From an uncultured Anaerolineaceae bacterium (lineage in GTDB: Bacteria > Chloroflexota > Anaerolineae > Anaerolineales > UBA4823): a stretch of 64,000 bases of DNA. The stretch is from contig CAYMLG010000008.1 in NCBI GenBank assembly GCA_964391195.1, forward strand, positions 51,801-115,800, in the 5' to 3' direction. How positions within the stretch are numbered: the first letter of the stretch is position 1; every line of letters starts with the position of its first letter. The notes under the pieces are model-generated. The model was not told where the DNA came from, did not search any database, and saw only the letters and a list, made by a program, of their open reading frames with translations. Shown here in pieces: positions 47,350-56,521 of this stretch. The position numbers were made by a program, and so were the translations under genes.

Positions 47350-48309
47350 TCAGGCCTGTGATTTCTTCCGCTCTGGATTGAGTAGTACCAGGTAGATGTA
47401 GATGAAGATGATCATAATCAACGACAAGATGATCGCCATCGCCGATCCACGGCCGAAGCGGGTGTAGGTGAAGGATTCCTGGTAGATCAACCAGGGCAAG
47501 GTGCGGGTGGCGTCGCCCGGCCCGCCGCCGGTCATGACGAAGATCAGGCCGAAGTGCAGCAGTAAGGCGAAGATGGTTTGCACCACCAGGGTGAGCTGCA
47601 GCACAGGCATCAGCAGCGGCAGTGTAACCTTGAAGAAAGTGCCTACCATCCCACTGCGGTCCATGCGCGCAGCTTCGTACACCGAGCTGGGGATGGTCGA
47701 TAGGCCGGCGGACAACAGAAAAGAACTGTAAGGGACCATCTTCCAGACATAGGCGAACCAGATCGCCCACAGCGCCAGCCTCTCATCAGCGATGATAGTG
47801 AGGTAAGAATCGATCAGGCCCAGGGAGTAGAGCAGCCCATTCAAGACCCCGAAATTGGCATCGTAGATCCAGTTCCAGATCACCGCGCTGGCGATTCCTG
47901 GGATGGCATACGGAAGCAGCAGCGAGACTTTGATCAGGCTGCTGCCCCGAAAATTTTCGTTGATCAGGAAGGCGACCGCCATCGAGATGACGATCACTGC
48001 GGCCACGGCAGCCACTGTGAACAGCATTGTCAGCCACAGGGATTTGTAAAACCCCGGAGCCACAGTGGATTTCGTGAAAATATCGATAAAATTCTGGAAA
48101 CCGACAAACTCACCGGTAGGGACGCCATACTTAAACCCCTGGAAGGCCAGGGAAATCGAGTAAAACAGGGGGAAGGCGATGAATACGACGATGAACAGCA
48201 AGGACGGCAGCAGCATCTTGTACGCAAACACAGATGTCTGCCGAAATCTTTTCGCCTCGTAATCAGGCTGACCAGCCCGCAATCGGTCTTTTAGAACTGC
48301 CGTCTGCAT
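47350..48309 (-). CDS. Carbohydrate ABC transporter permease (MalF-like)
   Basis: 319 aa, 6 TM, EAA loop YEAARMDRSGMVGTFFKVTLP. Confidence 0.9.
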   Translation of the reverse strand: MQTAVLKDRLRAGQPDYEAKRFRQTSVFAYKMLLPSLLFIVVFIAFPLFYSISLAFQGFKYGVPTGEFVGFQNFIDIFTKSTVAPGFYKSLWLTMLFTVAAVAAVIVISMAVAFLINENFRGSSLIKVSLLLPYAIPGIASAVIWNWIYDANFGVLNGLLYSLGLIDSYLTIIADERLALWAIWFAYVWKMVPYSSFLLSAGLSTIPSSVYEAARMDRSGMVGTFFKVTLPLLMPVLQLTLVVQTIFALLLHFGLIFVMTGGGPGDATRTLPWLIYQESFTYTRFGRGSAMAIILSLIMIIFIYIYLVLLNPERKKSQA

Positions 48310-48392
48310 AGGGTTTGTCCTTCAGTTGAAGAATATGGATTACAGGAGCGGGGTGGGGGGAACACCCCCCCACCCCTAGGGCAGATAGCGGT

Positions 48393-49787
48393 TTATTCCG
48401 AGCTCAGATCCAACCACTGCTGCTTCAGGTTCTCAAGTACACCGGCAGTGGTGGCGTCACGCAGTAGAGCCTTCTGCACATCGGTGCGGACGAAGCTGAT
48501 CCACTCTGCGAACCACGGAGCCTGCATCCCATCCTTCGAGCGGGCCAGTCCCTTCTGCTTGGCGAGGATTGTAGGATCGGCCATGCTGGAGAAGACCTTT
48601 TCCACCTCGGCATCATTCCACAGAGGCTCGGCCGAGAAGCCCAGGCTGTTTTCCACCGCCCAGCGCTTGGCGATATGGTATGTGGTCACCCCGTCAACGG
48701 TCGTAGAACCGCCCAGGTGCTCAAGGAGAACCAGCGAGGCAGCCAGGGTGGCGTCATCTTCCACCGCGCCGCTGCCCAGCAGGTACATGCGGGTGAAGCC
48801 ATTGGTCTCGTGAGTCGTGCCAGGCATCATCGAGATTTTGGCACTGCCCGCGATCTTCGACAGGCCGGGGGTGTTGAACTCGGCCATCATATAGCCAGGG
48901 ACGATCACGAAAGCGGCATCGCCGTTCTTGAAGGCTTCCTGAACGTCGGGGGCAGCCATTTCCATAACTTTCTTGGGGATAATCTGGGTATCGTGGATGG
49001 AGGCGGCCAACCACTCCAGCATCTCAAAGATCGGGCCACTGTTGGTCTCGAACACCGGGTTCATGTCGTCATCGAAGAAGTCCCCGCCCCTCGAGTAGGC
49101 CAGAGCGAAGAAGGCTTCATCGAACCAGGAACCGGCCTGCAGACCGACCAGGAACGGAGTATCGGTGATGCCCTTTTCCTTCAAGATCAGCGACTGTTCC
49201 GTGACTTCTTCCCAGGTGGTGGGAGGCGCAGCGATCCCGGCGTCTTCCAGCATCTTGGCGTTGTAGACAAAGTACATCACATCCGAATAATAGGGCAGCC
49301 CATAGACCTTGCCCTTATAGGTGAGGGCGCTGACCGAGAAGGCAGAGATCTCCTTCATATAGTCCTTTGCCTCGGGGAAGTAGTCTTCCAGAGGCAGCAC
49401 CCAACCTGCTTCCGCCCACTTCGCCAGCCAGTGATCGGAGCTGTAGAGCACATCGAACTTGCTGCCACCGGCGTAGTTGGTGGTGATGAAGGTGTCGTAT
49501 TCACCGTACCCGGAATCCGACATCGTCACCTCGACCGTCATCGCCGGGTCGTGCTGGGTGGCAACCCATTGTTCGAACTTATCGAGGATATCGTGGGCTT
49601 TCTCGCTGTCATAATTCCAGCCGGCGAAATCCAGGGCGATCGGGCCCGAGGGCGCGGGCGCTTCGCCTTGTGTTTCGCCTGCGGGTTGTTCAGCGCTCGG
49701 CGCCGGGGCGGCCGGGGCGCAGCCTGACAGGGCGGCTGACAGTACGAGGGTGGTCAGTAAGACCAAATTGAGCAAACGCTTTTTCAT
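48393..49787 (-). CDS. Extracellular solute-binding lipoprotein (family 1, sugar-type)
   Basis: 464 aa, lipobox LSGCAP. Heads the permease/ATPase genes. Confidence 0.9.
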   Translation of the reverse strand: MKKRLLNLVLLTTLVLSAALSGCAPAAPAPSAEQPAGETQGEAPAPSGPIALDFAGWNYDSEKAHDILDKFEQWVATQHDPAMTVEVTMSDSGYGEYDTFITTNYAGGSKFDVLYSSDHWLAKWAEAGWVLPLEDYFPEAKDYMKEISAFSVSALTYKGKVYGLPYYSDVMYFVYNAKMLEDAGIAAPPTTWEEVTEQSLILKEKGITDTPFLVGLQAGSWFDEAFFALAYSRGGDFFDDDMNPVFETNSGPIFEMLEWLAASIHDTQIIPKKVMEMAAPDVQEAFKNGDAAFVIVPGYMMAEFNTPGLSKIAGSAKISMMPGTTHETNGFTRMYLLGSGAVEDDATLAASLVLLEHLGGSTTVDGVTTYHIAKRWAVENSLGFSAEPLWNDAEVEKVFSSMADPTILAKQKGLARSKDGMQAPWFAEWISFVRTDVQKALLRDATTAGVLENLKQQWLDLSSE

Positions 49788-49861
49788 GGTTCCTCCGCAT
49801 TCAATATGTGCTTATGTTTCTCTTCTACACGGGGCCTAACGGCTCCCGTACCACACTGAGG

Positions 49862-50554
49862 CTAGAGATCCTTTCGACCCGTTTTTTCCGAGGCCTCTAC
49901 TGCCGAGACACCATCCTTGAGCATCCCCCGCGTTAAGGTCTCCAGCTCGCCAATGCGCTCGGCTTCGAGCAGCACTTCTTCGGCGATCTCTTGAGGAATA
50001 ACCAACACACCATCACTGTCACCGACCAAAAAGTCACCCGGATTGATCCGAACGCCGTTGAACCAGATTGGAACCTGCCAGGCATGCAGGCGTGAGCGGT
50101 AGAAACCGTCCACCGGGCTGCTAAACCTGCAGAAGATCGGGAAGCCCATCTTCTTCACAAAACCGGTATCCTTTGCTCCGCCATTGATCACGGCCCCTCG
50201 TACTCCATTGCGGATACAAACGGTTGTCGCCAGTTCGCCCCAAAATCCTGAAACCTGATCCGCCCCGGTATCCACCACGATCAGGGAGTAGGCTGGGTAG
50301 GATTCGACCATCTTGGCCGCCGGCTTATCCCGCTCATCGGGGAGGGGATCGTGGATCCACTGCACCGTGAACGCGAACCCGGCAACGACATCTCTTCCAA
50401 GTTCTTTCGTGATGCATTTAATATCGGGACCGAGCCATTGGTTGTGCATCCCGCGGGACTGGAAGATATCGTTGATCGCGGCCGTATAGATCTTCTCGTA
50501 ACGCTCAACCATTTCATTGATCGGAATTTTGTAGGGGTATAACTTACCGTCCAC
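49862..50554 (-). CDS. RraA-family protein (class II aldolase / oxaloacetate decarboxylase-like)
   Basis: 230 aa with motifs GELATTVCIRNGVRGAVINGGAKD and GDFLVGDSDGVLVIP. Confidence 0.75.
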   Translation of the reverse strand: MDGKLYPYKIPINEMVERYEKIYTAAINDIFQSRGMHNQWLGPDIKCITKELGRDVVAGFAFTVQWIHDPLPDERDKPAAKMVESYPAYSLIVVDTGADQVSGFWGELATTVCIRNGVRGAVINGGAKDTGFVKKMGFPIFCRFSSPVDGFYRSRLHAWQVPIWFNGVRINPGDFLVGDSDGVLVIPQEIAEEVLLEAERIGELETLTRGMLKDGVSAVEASEKTGRKDL

Positions 50555-50692
50555 GCTGTACTCCTTTCGATGGTCATGAGGATTGATTTGCCATAAAGGC
50601 TTGAGACCGGCCGAAAATTCGGGTGCTTAGCCCTGAGCCGCTTCCGGCATCAATGGAGAGCGCCCACCGGTTTTCGGGCGGATACAAAACAA

Positions 50693-51781
50693 TTAGATCT
50701 CTGAGAGTTCAACCGGACGTCCTTCGAGAATACTCTTCTGCACCGCTTCGGCGGTGTGGGTGGCCCACAGGCCGTCCACGCCGGACGGATAACGGCCGGA
50801 GAGCTGCTCGAGCGTCCCGCCATGCTTCAAAAACCAGATGTTGAGGTAGAAATCTTTGATCGGGTCGACGTAGTAGCCGGACACAGCCTGATAGCCGAGC
50901 AGACTCGCCTGGCTGACGAGCGCTCCCAGGTTGGGGGTGACCGTGCCGCCGGCGGTGGTGCTGTATCGCAGACCCCGGTCCTGCCCATCGATCTCGACGA
51001 TGCCTTCGCTCCCCACCAGGCGCAGGCCTTGATTCACCAGGGCTTCGAACCCCTCGGGGACGATCCAGTTCACGTCGATCGTGCAGGTGAAGCCGTCCTC
51101 GAAAGTGATCCAGGCGCTGACGGAGTCGTAGGTGTCGATCCCCTCGCTCAGCAGCTTACCCTTGCGCCCGTGGGCGCTGACGCTGACCGGGTTGAGCCCG
51201 GTGACCCAACGCAGCAGATCGAGTTTATGCACACCAATGAACCAGAAGGGCGATGAGTGGCCCGCCCAATTGCGGAGCATCTTCAGCGGGACGGTGATCT
51301 TATCCTCCATGTAGGCATAAGCGTGATAGGGGGTCCCGATCTGCCCGGATCGCACCTTGAACATAATGTCCTGGTTATAAGTATCGTAACGCTTATGGAA
51401 ATCGACCATCAGAAGGAGCTGTTGGCTCTCGGCGCAGGCGACCATCTCCCGGCAGCCGGCTGTGGTCAGGTCCAGCGGTTTCTCGATCAGGACATGCTTT
51501 CCCTGCTGCATGGCATACATGGCTACCGCGCGGTGAAGGTGGTCAGGGGTGGCAATGGTAACTGCGTCCAGGTCTTCATCCTGGATCATTTGGCGGTAAT
51601 CCGTATATTTTTTGATTCCAAACGCCTGGGCTTGCTTTTCCGCTGTGGGTTCGTACTCGTCGGCGATGGCCACCAGGCTGACCTTCCCCTCGGCCTCCAA
51701 CTGCCTGGCCGCCAACAGATGATAATTTCCCCAGGTGCCCCCTCCGATGACACCAACGCGTACACGCTTCTCTTCCATCAT
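50693..51781 (-). CDS. Gfo/Idh/MocA-family NAD(P)-dependent oxidoreductase
   Basis: Start set at MMEEKRVRVGVIGGGTWG (ATG 51781/51778 behind GGAGGA) rather than track start 51877. Rossmann motif and EKPL motif (VLIEKPL). Confidence 0.85.
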   Translation of the reverse strand: MMEEKRVRVGVIGGGTWGNYHLLAARQLEAEGKVSLVAIADEYEPTAEKQAQAFGIKKYTDYRQMIQDEDLDAVTIATPDHLHRAVAMYAMQQGKHVLIEKPLDLTTAGCREMVACAESQQLLLMVDFHKRYDTYNQDIMFKVRSGQIGTPYHAYAYMEDKITVPLKMLRNWAGHSSPFWFIGVHKLDLLRWVTGLNPVSVSAHGRKGKLLSEGIDTYDSVSAWITFEDGFTCTIDVNWIVPEGFEALVNQGLRLVGSEGIVEIDGQDRGLRYSTTAGGTVTPNLGALVSQASLLGYQAVSGYYVDPIKDFYLNIWFLKHGGTLEQLSGRYPSGVDGLWATHTAEAVQKSILEGRPVELSEI

Positions 51782-51900
51782 ATTCCTCCGGTTTGTGTTT
51801 TCGATAAACTGGGATGCCAGTATTGTGGGCTGGTGGGTCAGATGGGCGGTGGTGGGTGTGCCCACCCCAGAAAGCAAAAGGAGGACGGTTGAACGTCCTC

Positions 51901-52671
51901 CTAGCTAATAAACCGCTGGCTGATCTTCTTAGCCGTCATCACCACGTGATCACGCAGGAAGGAATCCATCCCTTTGCTGCGGATGCGGGTCGCCGGGCCG
52001 GATACGGATATTGCAGCAATCACCTCTCCATCCAGCCCGATCAGCGGAGCGGAAACACAGCAGATCCCTTCCTCCGCCTCTTCATTATCGGTGGCATAAC
52101 CACACTGGCGGATTTTCTCCAATTCAAGGCGCAGCGCTTCTGCGGTGGTGATCGTATTCTCCGTTACTTTCGGGTACGTCCCCCGGCTGAGATAAATATT
52201 CAGGCTGCGGGGAGAGAGGTTGGCGAGCAGCGTTTTGCCCAACGAAGTGCAGTGAGCGTATTGGCGACGGCCGATCTGGGGTGTAATCCTCAGGGTATGG
52301 TCGAGCGAGTCTACATGATCGATGTACACCAGCTCGTAGTCGTCCAAAATGCCCATGAACGCGGTTTCGCCTACGGCCTTGGAGAGTTCTCCCAGATAAG
52401 GGTGCGCGATGCTGACAAAGTCAAACTGGTCCACAACGGCCTTGCCATAGAGCAGCATCGTAGGGGCCAGCCCATACTGGCGGGTGCGGGGATTCTGGCG
52501 GACTGCTTTCACGCAAACCAGGGTTTTCAGGATGCGATGGACGGTGGTGACGTTCAAGCTCAGATGTCCGGCGATCTCATGGACACCCAGCTCCTGGCGT
52601 TCATCCCGAAGAAGCTCGAGAATCTGGAAAGCACGCTCGATCGATTGGACTGAGTTCTGCTCTTTGGCCAT
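51901..52671 (-). CDS. IclR-family transcriptional regulator
   Basis: 256 aa. N-terminal wHTH (SIERAFQILELL ... IAGHLSLNVTTVHRILKTL) plus an IclR effector domain. Confidence 0.9.
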   Translation of the reverse strand: MAKEQNSVQSIERAFQILELLRDERQELGVHEIAGHLSLNVTTVHRILKTLVCVKAVRQNPRTRQYGLAPTMLLYGKAVVDQFDFVSIAHPYLGELSKAVGETAFMGILDDYELVYIDHVDSLDHTLRITPQIGRRQYAHCTSLGKTLLANLSPRSLNIYLSRGTYPKVTENTITTAEALRLELEKIRQCGYATDNEEAEEGICCVSAPLIGLDGEVIAAISVSGPATRIRSKGMDSFLRDHVVMTAKKISQRFIS

Positions 52672-52742
52672 AAGCTATTTCGCATTGTGAAATATTGTTT
52701 CGGATAGTGATATTATATAATAATTTGAAGGACAATTCTAGC

Positions 52743-52775
52743 GACAAATGTCATGCCTGCAATATGACATTTGTC
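52743..52775. promoter_or_regulatory. Perfect 12-bp inverted repeat (candidate IclR operator or esterase terminator)
   Basis: GACAAATGTCAT-n9-ATGACATTTGTC lies 72-104 nt upstream of the IclR start, in an AT-rich stretch. Confidence 0.3.
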
Positions 52776-52982
52776 ATATGGGCTTTTTTCCGTTCTTTGG
52801 GTGACCGTAGAAATGGGAGTCTCACCGCTGGTACGCCCGGGGACGCGCAGTTCTCGCCCACCTGCCTCGCTTTCTACCCCTGGAAACACGCCGCCTCCCT
52901 GATTCTCAAGAAAACTGTGAGAACCAGGGAGGCGGTCGTTAGGCGCTCCCTCAGCAGGCACGGGTCTGGTGCGCCTGCGGGG

Positions 52983-53957
52983 TCAGACTCCCCAATGCCC
53001 TTTAATAAAGCGGATCTTTTCCAGGTCGTGGTCGCTGCCCCCGCCTTCGTGGTGGTTGAAGCGGTAAACCCGGATCTGCTTGGGGCCGCAGTAATGGTTG
53101 TAGGCCGCGAACACGGTGGATGGCGGGCACACTTCGTCCATCAGCCCCACCGAGAACAGCGCCGGGGCGTTGGCCCGCTTCACGAAATTCAGCCCGTCGA
53201 AGTACGACAGCGTGTGGAAGACCTCCTCCACCCGGTTGCGGTGCACCTGGCAGTAGACCGCGATCTCCCGGTAAGGCATCGCGTCGGTGATCTCAGTCGC
53301 CCGGCGGAAGTGGCACAGGAAGGGCACATCCGCCATCACCGCCCACACGTCCGGCGCCAGCCCGCTCACCGCCAGAGATAGCCCTCCTCCCTGGCTACCC
53401 CCCGTCACCGCCACTCTCCCGGCATCGATTCTCGGGTGCAGCCGGGCCGTCTCCACCGCCCGCACCGCGTCGACGTACAGGCGGCGGTAATAGTAGCGCT
53501 CGGGCGATTCGATACCATGAGTCAGAAAGCCCGGGAAGTGCGGCCCGGCGCCATGCGGGTTGAGATCCACCGTATCTCCCCGCCGCGAGGCGCTGCCCTG
53601 GCCGCGAGTGTCCATCACCAGGTGGGCGAACCCGGCCGCCGACCAGGTCAGCCAATCGAAGGGATTGCTCCGCCCGCCGCCGTAACCGATATACTGCACG
53701 ATGCAGGGGAGCGGACCTGGACGCCCGTCCGGCAGCAGCAGCCAGGCTTTCACCGGCTGGCCCAGGTATCCCTGGAAGGTTACATCGTAAACCTGGACCG
53801 TCACCAGCCCGAAATCGACCGGCTCGAAACTCGGCTCGAGTGGAACGCGGCGGGATTCGGCCAGGGTCTCCTGCCAGAAGCGGTCGAAATCTTCCGGCTC
53901 CTGGCGCTCGGGCAAATAGGCCTCTAATTGGGGAAGGGGGAAATCGAATAAAGCCAT
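52983..53957 (-). CDS. CE7 acetyl xylan esterase / cephalosporin-C deacetylase family
   Basis: Start set at MALFDFPLPQLEAY (ATG 53957). CE7 motifs DTRGQG, nucleophile elbow GGSQGG, and C-terminal HE (NHHEGG). Confidence 0.85.
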   Translation of the reverse strand: MALFDFPLPQLEAYLPERQEPEDFDRFWQETLAESRRVPLEPSFEPVDFGLVTVQVYDVTFQGYLGQPVKAWLLLPDGRPGPLPCIVQYIGYGGGRSNPFDWLTWSAAGFAHLVMDTRGQGSASRRGDTVDLNPHGAGPHFPGFLTHGIESPERYYYRRLYVDAVRAVETARLHPRIDAGRVAVTGGSQGGGLSLAVSGLAPDVWAVMADVPFLCHFRRATEITDAMPYREIAVYCQVHRNRVEEVFHTLSYFDGLNFVKRANAPALFSVGLMDEVCPPSTVFAAYNHYCGPKQIRVYRFNHHEGGGSDHDLEKIRFIKGHWGV

Positions 53958-54081
53958 GTATTTTGATACTCCTGAGAACGGCGTAATTGGCGAATATTGT
54001 AATCGGAAATCGTTAAAAATAGGACGAGCCCGTCTGTGCCGGGCCCGCCCTGGTATCACTCGCAGCTTGCGACCGGTCCTT

Positions 54082-55263
54082 TTACATGGACCTGGCCGTC
54101 ACCTGTTTCCGGGCTGCTGTCTTTTGGAACTTGCGCTCAAAAGGGATCGAACGGGCCGGCAAGGTCGAAACCAGCGCCTCGGCGATGGCCTGTTTCATCC
54201 ACGCCCAGGCCTGGTCCCAGGCGTAAGTGGGCAGCCCGGCATCGATCTTCTCCAGCCAGCGATCTCCCAGGCGACGCTGGGCCAGCGCGTTTTCGAGCCC
54301 CTGGCAGAACTGCTCCGGAGTCTCCCCGAACCAGACCATATCCCGCCCGGTGTACACATTTTGCAGCACCGGGATGGGGGACGAAACCACCGGCAGGCCG
54401 GCAGCCAGGTACTGGGGGACTTGAATGGCGGCCGCCCGCTTAAGGCCGGAATCCCGGCGCAGGGGAAGGATGGCGGCATCCCAGCCAGACAGATACGCCG
54501 GGTGGTCGGAAAAGGCCCGGTCGCCCACGTAGTGCACGTTCCTACGGGCCAGCGCCCGGCTGATGTCGATGTTAACCGGCCCGACCAGGACGAATTGCCA
54601 CTCCGGGCGCAGGCTGGCAACCGCTTCCAGCAGCTCGAAATCAAAAGTGTGGTTGAGCACGCCGAGGAAGCCGATTCGCGGGGAGGGGATTTTTGCCTGA
54701 TCGGCCGGATCGGCAGCCTGCTCACGCGCCCGGTAATAATGATCGATCTCCATGCTGCCGGGAACAAACACCGGTCCCGATCCCTGCGCGGGCAGCACCC
54801 GGCACTCCCTGGCCCCATCGTTCAAAACCAGTTCGGCGCTGCGGAGTAACTGTCGCTCCAGGTCCACCAACTCCCTGTCGTCCTGATCCACCGGTCCGAT
54901 GGAGTCGTAGATCACCAGTTGCGGGCACAACTGCCGGGTGTATTCGAGAAACCGGGGGGTAAAGTGCCAGAGGATGAAATTCTGGATTTGGAAGGTGTTA
55001 ACCAGTTGATTGATCAGAGAAACCAGGAAATACCGTTTTTCCAGATCGCTGATATGTTCCGGCAGCCGGGGCGTAAAGACCCGTACCGAACTGTCCCCGC
55101 TTTCCTCCCCCTCTAGCCTGGCGGTCGGGCTGCCGGATACCGGTTCCTGGATGTAGAACACCCGCCGCTCACGAGCAAAGCGACGAAGCAGTTGGTGTGG
55201 GCGCTGCCATTCTACATCCCAACCTACCGGCGAAAAACAAACGATGTCGTAATCTCCACCCAA
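54082..55263 (-). CDS. GT-B fold glycosyltransferase (family 1/4-like)
   Basis: 393 aa, TTG start. N-terminus DIVCFSPVGWDVEWQRPHQLLRRFA, and a C-terminal nucleotide-sugar binding half. Confidence 0.65.
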   Translation of the reverse strand: MGGDYDIVCFSPVGWDVEWQRPHQLLRRFARERRVFYIQEPVSGSPTARLEGEESGDSSVRVFTPRLPEHISDLEKRYFLVSLINQLVNTFQIQNFILWHFTPRFLEYTRQLCPQLVIYDSIGPVDQDDRELVDLERQLLRSAELVLNDGARECRVLPAQGSGPVFVPGSMEIDHYYRAREQAADPADQAKIPSPRIGFLGVLNHTFDFELLEAVASLRPEWQFVLVGPVNIDISRALARRNVHYVGDRAFSDHPAYLSGWDAAILPLRRDSGLKRAAAIQVPQYLAAGLPVVSSPIPVLQNVYTGRDMVWFGETPEQFCQGLENALAQRRLGDRWLEKIDAGLPTYAWDQAWAWMKQAIAEALVSTLPARSIPFERKFQKTAARKQVTARSM

Positions 55264-55444
55264 GATACAACTCCTATTCGATCGATTTTGGGCGCTCCCG
55301 TCACCCGCCTCGGGCGGGGGTTGGCCGGAGCAGAACTGTTCTTTGTTTGTACGAACTGTCCGCTGCGTGCTTGAACGAACTTAGTGAGCGAACATCCAGT
55401 ATACTCACCCCGTACGCATCCCACAATAAGGAGATCTACTACCC

Positions 55445-55485
55445 AATTGAAAGGTAAGGCCTGTCAGGGGAAACCCCTACAGGCC
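55445..55485 (-). terminator. Rho-independent terminator candidate for rpsD
   Basis: GGCCTGTCAGGGG-aaa-CCCCTACAGGCC (55458-55485) lies 32 nt after the rpsD stop. On the minus strand it is followed by TTACCTTTCAATT. Confidence 0.5.
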
Positions 55486-55516
55486 TGATCCTGAGGTCAA
55501 AGGCTTCCTCACCGCT

Positions 55517-56119
55517 TCAGCGGGAATAGAACTCCACAATCCGCTGCTCCTGGATATCCGGATCGATCTCTTCTCGCGCGGGTTCGCGCAGGACGCGCCC
55601 CCCCAATGTCTCCCGGGCCAGCCACCCGGGGATGGGCGGCGGATTCTCCATAAGCTCCTGCACGTCTGGGATCTGGCGCAGGTCGTCACTGAGGGTAATT
55701 TCCTGCCCGGGTTTGACCAGGTAAGAAGGAATGTCCACGCGCTCGCCATCCACCCGCACATGCCCGTGGTTGACAAACTGGCGCGCCTGCGGGCGCGAGC
55801 GGGCAAAGCCCAACCGGTAGACAACGTTGTCCAGGCGGCGCTCCAGCAGCTTGAGCAGGGCCGTCCCGGTGATCTCCTTGGACCGCAGAGCCTGCGCGTA
55901 GAAGCGGCGGAACTGGCTTTCGCGCAGCCCGTACATCCGCTTCACCTTTTGTTTTTCACGCAGTTGGAGGGCGTACTCGCTCTCCCGCCGGCGGGGCCGC
56001 GCGCCGTGCACCCCCGGCGGCCTGCCCAGGCGCCGCCGCAGACTCTCCCCGCCGGTGCCGAAGATGTCCACCCCTTCCCGGCGCGACTGTTTGTGTTTTG
56101 GTTTCCGATCACGTCCCAT
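55517..56119 (-). CDS. rpsD: 30S ribosomal protein S4
   Basis: Start set at MGRDRKPKHKQSRREGVDIF (ATG 56119). Motifs YALQLREKQKVKRMYGL and S4 RNA-binding domain LERRLDNVVYRLGFARSRPQARQFVNHGHVRVDGERV. Confidence 0.9.
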   Translation of the reverse strand: MGRDRKPKHKQSRREGVDIFGTGGESLRRRLGRPPGVHGARPRRRESEYALQLREKQKVKRMYGLRESQFRRFYAQALRSKEITGTALLKLLERRLDNVVYRLGFARSRPQARQFVNHGHVRVDGERVDIPSYLVKPGQEITLSDDLRQIPDVQELMENPPPIPGWLARETLGGRVLREPAREEIDPDIQEQRIVEFYSR

Positions 56120-56433
56120 ACCTGATAACCTCTCTTGATCCCCCACTGCTATTCCAGCTACCCCTTCCCAACCATGTATTTCTACCCCCAAGTATAGTGA
56201 CTTGCGGACATAAAATCAATGGTGGAAACTCCTGCCCGCCGGAAAATCATTATTTCCAAACAATCATCCTTTTCTCCTGACAAGTTGTGCGTGCAAACCT
56301 TCCGCCTGATCAGTGGCTATCTACATAATGGGGTTAGGACATGGGCGGGCTGGATCGCCCGCCCATATCCCAACCCCCTCTCCTCATAAAACCTGGCCTA
56401 CGACTTTAGGAAAGCCGAGCTGCCTGATCGATT

Positions 56434-56463
56434 TTGATCTAGAATCATTGAATTAGGTATAAT
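56434..56463 (+). promoter_or_regulatory. Sigma-70-like promoter candidate for the P-type ATPase
   Basis: TTGATC (56434-56439), an 18-nt spacer, then TATAAT (56458-56463). It lies 59 nt upstream of the GTG start, which has an AAAGGAG RBS. Confidence 0.35.
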
Positions 56464-56521
56464 CATCGTGGTAGCAAAGCTGCGAATTTCTGTTCCCAGG
56501 GGGCAAAAGGAGTAATCATCA

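Noticed and set aside
56341-56366. Perfect 10-bp GC hairpin ATGGGCGGGC-tggatc-GCCCGCCCAT between divergent rpsD and the P-type ATPase, considered as a terminator or riboswitch element
   Set aside because: There is no T-run on either strand, and it sits upstream of both genes. I recognise no Mg/Mn/Ca-type riboswitch consensus in 56192-56521. It may be a protein-binding palindrome, but the evidence is insufficient.
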